Source of the DNA: Lama glama
Lineage: Eukaryota
Assembly (NCBI GenBank): GCA_028534125.1
Contig: CM052817.1
Location: 62,622,001 to 62,686,000 of the forward strand
Reading direction: 5' to 3'
Length of the DNA: 64,000 bases
Shown: piece after piece, positions 51,901 to 64,000 of the stretch
How positions within the stretch are numbered: position 1 is the stretch's first letter
How the letters are laid out: every line of letters begins with the position of its first letter
Position numbers and translations under genes: made by a program
Notes under the pieces: generated by a model
Told to the model about the DNA's origin: nothing
Database searches by the model: none
Seen by the model: the letters and a program-made list of their open reading frames with translations, nothing else

Positions 51901-53934
51901 TCAGTTATTTTTCAAAAGTTCTAAACATTACAACGGTGTTCATCCACACAATTCTTAGGGTCAAACTAATTTTAGATGCAATCATTTGTCCTATTTTGAA
52001 AGATTTTCAGATATTTGTGATATTTAATATGTGTAAATTCAGTGGAGATGTTAAGTTACTTAATGAGTTAACACATGTGGTAAAGTCTTTAAAGTTTTCA
52101 AATGATTTCTCCAATACAATTCTGTAAAGGCTAAGGTTAAGGTTATAATTTAAATTTTCTCTTATTATCAGATGCATCAATAAAAAAGGTTCATGGAAGC
52201 AAGTCTTCAAATTATATTTAAGGAACACTCTTAGTCTTTGCAAAAATATGCAATCATATGAAATCACTGTGACCAGAACTTTGTCATTTAAGGTTTTCAC
52301 TCTGAGGTTAAATTTATAAGGTTTTTGCCTGGAGTTTCTAAGAGGCATGAGTTATTTTAATAAAATAGTATATTACTAAAATAATATTCATGTTGGTAAT
52401 GGGAATAAAATAACAAAATTAAAAAGGGAGAGTTATAAGGAATCATCCTAGACATTATCTAAAACAAGTCCTCAGGGTTCTCTCTGATCTGCAGAATATT
52501 ATTGCACTTTTACCACATATACATATGGTATACACACATACACACATACCATATATATACATGGTCCTTTATTACATGCATGTATGATTGTCCAGCATAA
52601 TTTCTCTCTTTTAGTTTTAATAAAATAATTATAAAAGAAAAGTTTACTTTTTTCCTTCTGGACTCAATTGGACCATTTTGTATATTCCCAGTGGAAAACA
52701 TTCTTACAGATACTGAATTTGAGAGATAATTTGAAAGCGTTATTCTGTTAGCTAATTAATTGCAAAATCTAGTTGGAAAATAAGTTGTCTGACCCTATGT
52801 CCAGAAATTCCTTGACCATGTTGGATTGCCTGTCTGATAATTTAAATAATTTCATGTATCTCTAATTATTAATCCAATAAACATATCACTTCCATTTATT
52901 GAACATCCACTGAGTACAAGTAAAATGTGAACCAATTTTCTTCTTTATAGAAGACAACTTGAGGTCATACAGCCTGAAGAGTTATTCTGTGTCCTTGATA
53001 GTTGGCTAGTAAAATCAGATAATTCAATATAAACGGATATGTTGTGTCACTGGGTTTTAAACTAATAAGAATAGAAAGGAGAAGAGCTAATGGAAAGAAA
53101 TGATTCAAGAAAACACCTCTACAGAAAAAAGGTCTGTGTCAAGGAGCCTTGGCAGTGAACCAACAAGAAATCTACAAGGGCTCTTTGAATCATGGCTTTC
53201 CTGATTTGCTAGTTCATGTTAATTCATACATTCATTCACTCAACAGCTACTTATTGAGCGCCTACGTTGTCATAGGCACCATGCCCGCATGCCCTCTACA
53301 CCCCTCACACCACCTCCTACCAAGTCCCACAGGCCCATTGTCTTACGTGATTTTCACGTAGACAAATTCATTCTGACAATCTCATTGCATTTATTTCACT
53401 CAGGTTCAACATGTCTGGGTTTTGTTTTTATGCATTATGGGAGATATACATTTGAAATTAGAGCAAATAAAGAAAGAAAGATCTGTATGTTTAAATTATC
53501 TTGGGGGAAAAGAAGCATTATCAACAGGGAAATCAGACAGTTAAGGAGAACATATGCTTCCAAAACACAAAAGAATACTCTGAGCTATAAAGAATGTACT
53601 GCAAATTTAAGCCAATATTTGAAGGTTTTTAGTTGTTGATCATCCATTACTGGAGAAAATGAATAACTGTCTCTAAATATCTTGAGGTTATTTTGCAGCA
53701 TGTCTGCTACGTGTAACTATCAACAGTTATTTTCTAGCACACATCATTTTCTTAAACTAAAAAAAAAAAATGAAAAGGTAGAATATTATCAAATTCTTGC
53801 CCTGTAAAAGTTGTAAAGTACTTGTATTCCTTCTAAAACCTTATTTGCCATAATTAAATATATTTAAAAGTTATCACTGGTAAATCTGGATTAAATCTGA
53901 AAACATATTGAATAAGAAATACAATAATAAAACA

Positions 53935-54165
53935 CTGGTATTACTGCATATTTGCAACATGCTAGAGACTAATCTCTGTGTTTTAGACAAACTCTTCATT
54001 TGTTTTTATGCAAGCCCTATAGGATAATTCTCTTATTAACCCTGTTCTGCATGTATGAAAACTAAAACTTCAGAGATCCAATGATGTCACCCAGCTAGTA
54101 AATTATAGATCCAGGATTAAAAACACCTAGGTGTGTCTGACTAGAGTCTCCTCTCCTCAATCACT
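53935..54165 (-). mobile_element. MIR SINE remnant
   Basis: TTATTAACCCTGTTCTGCATGTATGAAAACTAAAACTTCAGAGA...GTCACCCAGCTAGTAA. Confidence 0.65.
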
Positions 54166-54294
54166 GCTACATTTCCATGCTGCTACGTTTATCTTACAAA
54201 CCCACATCTAAAAAGGATGGCAAGTGCCAAGTGCATTCACTAAGGCCCTCTTATCCATAATAATTGTCAATTATTTTAAAATAATTTTATAAGA

Positions 54295-54710
54295 CCCTTA
54301 GTTGGAGGATTCTCTCAAAGGCTCATGAGGCCAATCATATCAACGGAAAGACAGACTTGCATTTACTCTGCATACCGGGAAGGGAGCGCCATGCAGATCA
54401 GGCACAGCCTATTTGAGCAGAGGTGACTGCAAATTATATATAATATTTTGGGGGAAGTGTGGAGTTCAGGAATCAGTGGAGTTCAGGGGTAGAAGTGGGT
54501 TGGAAACTGGGTGAGACTGTTACTGACTGGTTGGCCTCAGAGGTGTGTGAAGTGGCGTGCCTAGTCCCTGAGTAGCTGAATTTCAGAATGAAAGGACTTT
54601 CTTATTAGTCAGCTTGCAAGTTGTTGTCAATCAAGTGACTGGGTTATAAACTGGTTCTGAGGGCTACTCATTACTATGACGACAAAAACACCAGTTTTTC
54701 CTAAGACTGT
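54295..54710 (-). mobile_element. Probable old LTR fragment, antisense, family unassigned
   Basis: GC-richer block with antisense polyA-like CATTTACT and TATA-like TTATATA; internal 12-bp duplication GTGGAGTTCAGG. Confidence 0.4.
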
Positions 54711-55349
54711 AGGAATTTTTCCTCTCAATTCTAGTTAAAACTCTAAGCTATATCTCAATCAGTTAATTTTTTTGGTTTATTTCTATAAAAGAATAGAAAT
54801 CTTATTTCTTACTGTACTGACTATAATATGGAAGATTCTCTATGAGAAGCATATACCCATTCGTTACCACATGTTTGGTTGCCAAACATCTCAGAGTCAG
54901 CCCCTGGTACACGCCATTATTGATGCTTCAAGTCTTTTTTTCTTACAATTTGAGTAAAGAATAAATTGTGGTGGATCACTTGGAATGTTTTTATAGGGAA
55001 CAGTAATATTTAATCATCATATTTAAGTAATATACCTCCCTGATAAATATGTCTTCTTCTTATTTGCATCCAAAGGATTTCAGTAGCATTAAAATAGTAA
55101 GTAAAATAACAAATAACATAAATAGAATAAGTAAAGGAATAAATAATAAAATGATTCTCATTCAAGAAATTCTTGCAGAAATTTTAACTGTCTTTCTTTT
55201 TTTGTCTTTCTTGGAATTAAGTTATTTTTATCATTACCTCTTTTACAAGCCTTTTATGTATATACATTTTAGATTATCTCTAACAGTAGCATCGTCATGA
55301 AAAGTGGGAGAGTGAAATGAATATTCATATATATGCATTTTACAGTTTG

Positions 55350-55600
55350 AGATGAGGCTCCTGGAGTCAGACTGTCTGTATTCAAATCTGGGCTCCATTT
55401 CTTCTCATATAAGTGACCTTGGGTACATGACTTGAGCACTCCAGTCCTCAAATTCCTGCTCTATGAAATGTAGAGAATCTCAGAATTTTCCTCATGGGGT
55501 TACTGTGAGGAATCAATAAGGTGATACCCACAGAATTCTCGCGTTGTACCTTGTTAAAAGGGAGCCTTTTGTAGGTGTTAGGTGCTAACATTACCATTAT
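55350..55600 (+). mobile_element. MIR SINE
   Basis: CTGGAGTCAGACTGTCTGTATTCAAATCTGGGCTCC...GTGACCTTGGGTAC...CTATGAAATG. Confidence 0.85.
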
Positions 55601-58224
55601 TGCTGTTTATTACTACTGCTGAGATCTTCTACAAATTAAGTTATTGGTAGATACTATATTATTTTCCATTTTTATAATTTAAACAAATCGATATATATTT
55701 GTTAAGCAGATATTATATTTGTGCATACTGCTAAATTAAATACAAAGAACATAACTAAAAATTAATAATAGATTTTGATTACCATTAAGAAACTATAGTA
55801 TAAGTTAAGATAGGGATTCAATTTTATATTCTTTTAGATGGATAGTGACTTACTGTCAGCACCGTTTGTTTTACATCTACCAAAATCCTGTTCATTTGAG
55901 AACAATGTCTTTACACTATGTTCTACCACCATTACTTTTTTTCTTCTTCTCTTAAAATTTTGTGGCTAGTCTCAGATAGTATTTGCTATTTAAAATAGGA
56001 AATATACTAATACATTGAAAAACATGACAAAATGTGATTGTCCCCTAATGCCACTTTTGAGTTTCCAGTTGGATTTGCATATACACAATCTTTTGGAGAG
56101 CTGGTAATTATATGGCAACAAATTCTTTCACATGAGAGAGATACATGGGCTTTCCATGTATTCAGATAATATTCTATGACATCTGATGAAATTAAATAGT
56201 TTCTTCTGAGTCTTTTGCTTCTCCAAATTTACTTTCAAATTTTAAAGTTTATATAATGTATCATATTTATACACTTAGAATGACTTTCCCTTTTTCTTTT
56301 CTAAGAATAATGCTAATACTACTAGTTAAGAAATAGCCCATGTATGACATATTGCTAAACTTTGATACTTGGAGGGAAGCAAGACTGAATTTGTAATGAA
56401 CGAGCTAATTTTATTGAAATACTAGTTGTTCCAAATGGTATTCTTATTTTTACAGTCACATTGCAGAATTGTGTTTAACTGTTCAACTGAACCAACTATT
56501 AACGTTATCTTGCTTGGCCATGTTAAATAGGTCTAATTGCTACTTTTACATATAACTTTTCTTCTCCTGTTAGATTTTTAAGTATGATACTCTGTAAAGA
56601 CAGGAAAATAAGGAAAATTGCTTCTCAAATGTTTTCTACTTTAGATGTTTCATAATGATGCTATCTACTAATTACTCTTTACTTTCACAATTTTCTGTGA
56701 TGACCCAAAATTAACTAAATAAATGGAGAGTGGTTGTTACCATGTGCTGAACACCATGTGGTGTCCCAGTAGGTTACAGATATGAATTAAGCCAGGTATG
56801 CTCTCTGCCTTCACAGGGCTGAGAGTCTATAGCAGAGAACGGTACTAGAAAAACCCTCTATCTATACACTCTTCAATGACTTCTGAATTGATTATAGATT
56901 TTTTTTGTCTAATCAATTGATGATAATATTAGGTAAAAATGAAACTATCATGCATCAATAGATGAGCTAATTAGCTCACAGATAAAGAAATCTGTGTCTA
57001 TGAGTCCATGACTATGTGTTTGATTATGATTTATTTTACTCTTTTCCATGACTGTAGCCTAAGCACTTAACACTAGGCAGTTCTTGCAAGGGGGATTATG
57101 CCAGACATTGTGAATGTTTCAACACATATTCCCATTTGGGGGAAATGTTTTTCAAGTTGACCAGTAGCAGTATCTTTATTTACAGAGGGCAAGACCTCTT
57201 CAACAAACAAATGCGTGGGTTTTTTTTTTTTTTAATGTATTGCCATGAGACATTTGTCTTTTTGTGGTTAAGGTATCTGCCACGTTAATATCTGTCTCTG
57301 ATCTCATCATTTTACAACACCAATTGCAGATAAATTCTAAAGAAAATTTAATATCCCTTCCAACACAGCAATAAGCAGCCCTCCTAGACAGAATTAAGAT
57401 TGCAGTCTCCAACTTTGCTTTCCTGATGATGTATTTTACTATAAAATTAAATTTACATCAACATAAGAGTGGTCATTTAATTGAATAAATATATTTGTAT
57501 TCACCAGGCATTCAATACCCTCAATTATGATATATAAATTCAGGCAGTAAATTAAAAATCTCTTGAATAATTATTATATGATATCATTTTTAGATGTGAC
57601 TGTACAGTAAAAGTGTATAAAAATTTTCAAAATTTGATATGAAAAACATTGGCTAAATGATCATACAGTGAACATTTTATTAATGAACGCCATATCACTT
57701 TTAGAAAGATCATAGAGGATCAAAGATTGCATTGGTGATTTTATATCTGCTATTATATATAAGATCACTCATGTGATAGAAATCTCTTCCTCTGTTCAAG
57801 TTTCTCTTTTCCCTCCCTCTCAAATCTCTCGTGAGTTCCACCATCTGTTTCTAAAAGAGCAATACACCTGCCTAGCCTCCAGCTATTGTGCCTGTGACTC
57901 AGGCAATCGGATGAAACAGCCAGTAACTTGACAGATATGGCAGCTCTCTCTGTTGCTTAGCCCCCTCCCCAGAAACAGCGTTTTAACTCCCTCCATGTGC
58001 GAGCAGTAAGCCCGTTTTCTTAGGATTTGGCATGCCGACCTAACAGCTCTGTGGAGAGGACCTGAGAGCAGCTTGCAGAAGCTGAGAGCAATGTCTGTGT
58101 GTTAGGCAGCAAGAAAGCAAAAGCGTGAGTCTTACAGACACAAGGGACTGGATTCTCCAACCCAACATTCCCCCTTCCCCAGAGCCTCCAGTTCTTGGGC
58201 ATTCAGACTGTTGAGGGTGTATTA

Positions 58225-58470
58225 GTTTTTAAGCAAGTAGTCTCTGAAGGAAGCCTACTCACATGTATATTTCAGCTCCATTACAAGCTTGCTGTGTGAC
58301 TTCGGGTAAGTCACTTAACATTTCTGTGCTTCAGTTTCTAAAAGTATAAAATGGGTCCAAAATAGTACTTATTTTATAGGGTTATTGTGTGTATTAAATT
58401 AGTTAATATACATAAAATACTTAGAAGAATTCCTGGCATATAGAGAAGTCCTCAGTAAATGTTAGTCATT
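58225..58470 (+). mobile_element. MIR SINE
   Basis: GCTGTGTGACTTCGGGTAAGTCACTTAACATTTCTGTGCTTCAGTTTC...TAAAATGGG...CCTGGCATATAG. Confidence 0.88.
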
Positions 58471-59007
58471 TAGATTGTATACCATATTTTGATTTTTACA
58501 ACTGTTAGACAAATGCTATATTAGAAATGTAATGACAATTAAATCATGGAATCAAATCATTGTATATAGTAAGAACAAAATCATTTTCCATTACAAAATA
58601 GTAAACTGTAAACTATAGGGAAACTTGAAAATGGTGAAAAATTTTCTTTTCCAAGTGGGAGGGAACTATTTGCAAAAAGGGCAAGTATTTGATTTGTCCT
58701 ATACCCTTAGAACTTGGATAATATTTAAGTTCATGCTTAAATAAAATATGAGACCAATTTAGAGTTCTTCATCTCCATGGCTCAAATAGCTTCTCAATTT
58801 ATTTGCCTATTCTGAATTATTTTAAATTATTATTATAAATAGTAGAAGAAAGGATAAATAAATCTCTCTAAACATTTAAAAAATGGTGGCACATCTACTG
58901 CTATAAAATTATGAACCAATACAGTGCCAAGTACAAATACAAAGACAAATACAAATTCCCTGGGGAATAAGAATGAACTCTCTCTGTTTCACAAACCCGC
59001 ATTAGGT

Positions 59008-59150
59008 AGAATGGTTGTCCTCAAACATGGGATCTTGTTAAAATGTAGATTTTGATTCAGTAGCTCTGGGGTGGGATGCAAGCCTATGCATTTGTAAAAA
59101 GGCCCCTCGTAATACACACATTCTTGGCCCATAGACCCTCTTTGAAGACA
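59008..59150. mobile_element. hAT-Charlie MER5-like fossil
   Basis: CTTGTTAAAATGTAGATTTTGATTCAGTAGCTCTGGGGTGGG...TGCATTTGTAAAAAGGCCCC. Confidence 0.7.
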
Positions 59151-60355
59151 ACGGGACAGACTATTGCTGTCAACCACCAGAACTTCAGGTGAACATGGCC
59201 CATTTGCCATAAACCAAGGACTTTAATTGAAGCTAGTTTCTCTAATAGTTTGCTCAAAGTACTTGGAAATAAAGAACAAACTTTCAAAGTATATGTTTCT
59301 ATGAATAACTTATAATAATCCTCAAATCACTATGACTTTTAAAGTTAATTTTAACTGTAGAGTAGTGTCGTTTCCAGGATCAACATGAAAACTCTTGTTT
59401 ATCAGGATTCACCTTTTGCACCTAGCTAGTGACTTAGGGAGCACATGTGGAGTATCGGCAAGGTTACCTAGAGAATGTCCTCACTTCACATAAACCACTT
59501 AATAAATTCAATAGTCCAAGGACACTCAGAAAGCAGTATTGACTCAGAGCCCACTGGTAATTCTTGGGCTCTGGCCAAGTATCCTGGAGAACTGCTATAG
59601 AGGCATATTTGCACTAGCTTTGCTTTTAAACCTATTTTATTTACAGCATAAATTGAAATTACTAGGCAGTAATAAGCTTTATCTTTTTAATTTCCTTCTT
59701 TTAAGTTCCCGTCATGATTTTGCTCTCTAAAAGCTTTTCCCTTTGTTTGATTAATTAAGCAAATTTATACACCCATTTACAAGGCATTTCCCCAAGTGTT
59801 ACTGGAAAAACTAAGCATACATTTTGCACTCTATGTAAAGAAGGCTTGAATTATAAAGGATCCATCTAAGTGATACATACAGTTTCCCCATTACAATTAA
59901 TATGCACACAAAGAAAACTATAGCTGGCAAGTTAGCACTGGAATGAAATGCTTTCACGGGATCCATCACTTTCTCAGCACCCATCTCTGGTGGACCCTGC
60001 TCTTAGATAATTAACCAAAGCTCCTATTAGGTTTAATTTCATTAAATGAACTAAGTAGTTTCACTTTGTCTCTAATCTGATGACAACCTGTGTAAGGAAA
60101 TGGAAAGAAAGTCAGGGAAATTCAGTTTGCTGCAGTTTAACTTTATGAACAAAGGAAAATCACAACTGCTGCTGGCTTCTCTTCCCTACATAGAACACCT
60201 TGTTATCAGAGTATGTATACCTCCTTTGGCCTTTTAGATGGCCTGAATTTGGGTAAGGAAGGTATCTTGAGACTGAGTGGTTCAGTGCTGTTTGGCAATA
60301 CACAGGTAGAATTTTTTTTTTAATTGACAAAACAATGAGACAAGTGAATTCTTTA

Positions 60356-60943
60356 TCCATTCATCTATCCATGGACACCTAGGTTGCTTCCATGTCTTGG
60401 CTACTGTAAATTGTGCATATATACAGTGGAATATTACTCAGCCATACAAAATAACTAAATAATGTCATCTGTAGCAACATGGATGGACCTAGAGATTATC
60501 ATACCAAGTGAAGTAGGTCAGAAAGAGAAAGACAAATATACGATATCATGGAATACATGGAATATATATATATATATACACACACACACATATATATATG
60601 GAATCTAAAAAATAGTGCAAATGAACTTATTTACAAAATAGTAACAGACTCACAGACATAGAAAACAAACTTTTAGTTACCAAAGGGGACAGGGAGGTGA
60701 GGGATAAATTGGAAATGTGGGATTAACAGACACACACCACTATATATAAAATAGATATACAACAAGGATTTACTGTATAGCACAGGGAACTATGTTCAAT
60801 ACCTTGAATAAACTATAATAAAAAAGAATAGAAAAAAAATATAGATATATACATATATATGTATAACCAAATCACTTTGTTGTACACCTGAAACTAATAC
60901 AATATTATAAATCAACTACACTTCAGTGAAAAAAAAGATTAAA
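60356..60943 (+). mobile_element. Cetartiodactyl-type L1 3' end with short 5' inversion and TSD
   Basis: Antisense segment to about 60416, then sense GGAATATTACTCAGCC...TAGCAACATGGATGGACCTAGAGATTATCAT...GTACACCTGAAACTAA plus A tail; TSD AAGTGAATTCTTTA (60342-60355) / AAGTCAATTCTTTA (60944-60957). Confidence 0.9.
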
Positions 60944-61814
60944 AAGTCAATTCTTTAATCTTAGTAATAAAAGAGAAAATAATCCAAAATTTTAGGAAAA
61001 GGAAGTTAAGATAATATCATATTGAAGAAAAGGTATATGAGTGAAAAATTCACGCAGATTCAGCTACCCTCCCTTTCTTTGTACACAACTTTAAAATACA
61101 TAGAATCCTTGCCGCTCCACGAGGGTACGAAGGTAATTATGGCAGAAGAAAGCAGTGACTGAGCCCTCCCTTCAGTATGTGGTTTTGTCTGAAAGAACCG
61201 AACTGAAACTTAGATTTTAAAGAAGCCATGTATGAAGAGATTGCCCTGAAATGCACGGAGGTGACTGCTGGAAGTACCTGACACACACAATCTTTGTACA
61301 AAAACAACTGCCACTTTCAAACTTGCAGCACTAGATAATCCATCTATTTAGAAGAGAAGGGAGCTAAGAAGCTCCAGAAAGAAGAAGCAATTTAGACAAA
61401 GTGACCTGGCACAATCTCTTGGTAACCCTGGTCTGCCTGGGCACTCCTTCTGCCCGAAGTGTGTCCATGTTGTCCCCCAGCAGCTCCCATCCCCAGCGCC
61501 GTGCCGGCACGCACAAGGGCGCACACTCTGATTTTACCTTGACAAGAGATCTACTGGAAAAATTCAATACCCTCTTTTCAAAGTGAGGATACACTTTGGG
61601 AGGAAGAAGTAATTGCTCTTGCACTTACCAGAATCAGGTGCCCACGCTTCAAACATCATATATGGGTCACGTCCATTAGGTGAGAGTTTAACTTAACAGG
61701 GAGTAAGGATGCTATTAGAAAATGAAGCACTCTGGAAGGGAGCAAACATTAGAGACCTAGCTTTGGGGAGTCTCAAAATAGTTTTTCCTATTTCACAATT
61801 GTGCTTAAAACTTA

Positions 61815-61957
61815 TCCTCCCTTCCAACTTTCCTCCTCTTCCTTCCCTTAACCTCCTTCTGCCTTCTCCCTGACACCCCACTTCGTCTCTAGCCCATCTT
61901 CGCTTCCTCCTTTTCTCTCCTTCTCCTTCTCCGTCTTCTCTCTCTCCTCCTTTTTCA
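61815..61957. repeat. Low-complexity polypyrimidine tract
   Basis: About 140 bp dominated by C/T on the + strand. Confidence 0.8.
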
Positions 61958-62194
61958 GTACCTACCACCTCCTCGCTGGGACCTCAGATTAACCCCTGAG
62001 AACGAGAGTTCTAGTTATTTATGGGTTCAATAGACTTCAACAGTCTGTGCTAAAAATCTAATTACGATGTATATTTCCCTGGAAAACGTTTCTAAATGCA
62101 AACAACCAACCTAGGTATGCACCTTTAGAGCTTGATTTTTCCCAAAGTAAAGGGGCACCACTGGAGCAACTTTTTACACTATTATGCTTAACTC

Positions 62195-62550
62195 AAGGGC
62201 AAGATCCAGGTTTTGGTGGGTTCTAAAGCTTACAGATTGTTTGGGACCCCCTCCTCCAACTTAAAGAAAAAGAATGTGAATACAGAATTTGGTAACATAG
62301 TGTAAGCTTACTTAAAATGAAAAAAAAGAAAAGAAAAGAAAAGAAAAGAAATCACACTAAACTATTGGAGGCTTGTATATTCTGGCCCTTTTTTCCTTCC
62401 AAGGAGTTTTTAGGGATTTATCAGAAATATTTTGGAAAGAATGTACCCTTATTGCAAGTTGGTGTCTCACCTAGAACGCTGTCTGCATAGTCACAACTCT
62501 TAGAGACCCTGGGAAGTGAGGGGCTTTCTTCAGAGGCTTTAAAAAGCCTC
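62195..62550 (+). mobile_element. hAT DNA transposon fossil, MER53-related
   Basis: GATCCAGGTTTTGGTGGGTTCTAAAGCTTAC...TAAAGAAAAAGAAT and distal AAGTGAGGGGC match the recalled consensus; contains (AAAAG)5 at 62324-62348. Confidence 0.55.
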
Positions 62551-64000
62551 TTTAGCTTTATGTTCAGTACACCTCTGCTGATCAAACCCATACCCTTTCA
62601 GAATGAACTCATTTTCTTTTCTTTTAAGAGAAGAAAAAAAATGGACAATTGTAAAGACATAAGTTCTTTGGGTATTTATTTTTAAGAATGTCAGAGCTTC
62701 TGTGACACCACTACCGGTTATTGCTATATGCATCTTTTAGGGAAAATGTCCATATTTAGTATGCATAAATAAAAAATACTTAAAGATTTAATATCATTAC
62801 ATATCATTTAAATTATTTTGAAGTATGTAAGTACTTGTCTATTCTACATTCATTAGATTGTTTGCCATATTTGTTGATTCTAGTTATGATTATACTCATG
62901 GAATGAAGAAGGCAGATGTGATGTGATGAGTATCAATAATTAAACGTATATCCATTTCTAGTTGCATTCCTTGACTTCTTGACTTTTTTTTTAATGTAGT
63001 TTTAAAATTTGGGGGGTGCTCTAACTGTTCGCTTCCTTTAACATCTTTCCAATAACTCAAAATTGCATTTGTAATTTAAAAAAATAAAGCTTCTAATATC
63101 ATGTATCACATTTATTACTTTAGTGGCAAGTTTATCACACTTCATCATTGAACCAAGAATTCTGTCATCTTGTGAAAAGACAGCAAAATTGCCTATACTG
63201 GTGAGATTTGTAAATTGGAGCTGAGTGTGAAGGTAACATGATGAGAAAAAGCACATTAACCAGCTCAGAGTTCACTGCAAGATGAACACTTCAACCTACA
63301 TGTGTGTGAAAGGTTGCTAACGCAAACTGAAGACTCAAAATTTAAGGCAAGGAGATTTCGATTACTCAGTTACACGGTCAAAAACCATGTCTGAAAACAA
63401 GAAGTATAACATATCTTGCATCTGAATTAAAGATAATTTCCCCATACATTTCAAAATAGAACTTACTTTATCCTAAACCAGATTCATTAAGCTACTCTAG
63501 GACATTGGTATTTTCATGCCTCTCTTTTCATAACAGAAATGTTTGGAGTTAAGCTGATGCTCAGAAAGTTTGATTAACAACTGGAGGAATGAGAGAAACT
63601 AGAGGAGAACACGGCTTTGGCTCTCAGTGTCTGCCACCCGATTCACGCCTTCATACTGAGTATTCATAGAGCTGGCAACTGAAGACAAGCTCCCCCAAAT
63701 TATACAAAAATATCCAAGTTACTATAATGGCTCCCCACTGTAGGTTCTTCACTCATCTAGCACCTCCTTCTCTTTATGCAAAAAGTGATCATTAGTCGAT
63801 ACACTTGCACCTTCCTTGTTGCCACCTCCAAGCCTTGTTCCTCCAATTTTGCCTTGGTATCTCTAACAATCATAAAATTAGTAGCTAATATTTTTTATTG
63901 TTTGCTACAGGTTAGACACTGTGCTAAAAGCTTTATATTAATTGTCTTGTTATATTTCCCTAACAACTATATATATATGTGATATAAGTATTGCTTTTAC

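Overview
Mammalian non-coding genomic DNA, AT-rich and full of repeats. It is most likely camelid (camel/alpaca/llama), judged from a tRNA-derived Vic-1-like SINE at 3578-3664 and cetartiodactyl/camelid-style L1 3' ends. I find no credible protein-coding exon: the listed ORFs are chance ORFs or read through decayed L2, L1 and LTR sequence. The window is therefore intergenic or lies inside a large intron, and I cannot name the locus. Its content is old L1, L2 and MIR fragments, MaLR (MLT1), MER21, LTR16 and one unassigned solo LTR, hAT fossils, microsatellites and a 100-N gap. Repeat family names come from my recall of consensus sequences, not from a database search. The best-supported observations are mechanistic. 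Two L1 insertions of very different age show the twin-priming (5'-inversion) signature with target-site duplications (TSDs). There is also a probable solo poly(A) insertion, and a 20-bp patch inside an MLT1 that appears copied from a MER21 703 bp away. Several patches are CpG/GC-enriched and could be regulatory or reflect biased gene conversion. The sequence alone does not support a new biological system.
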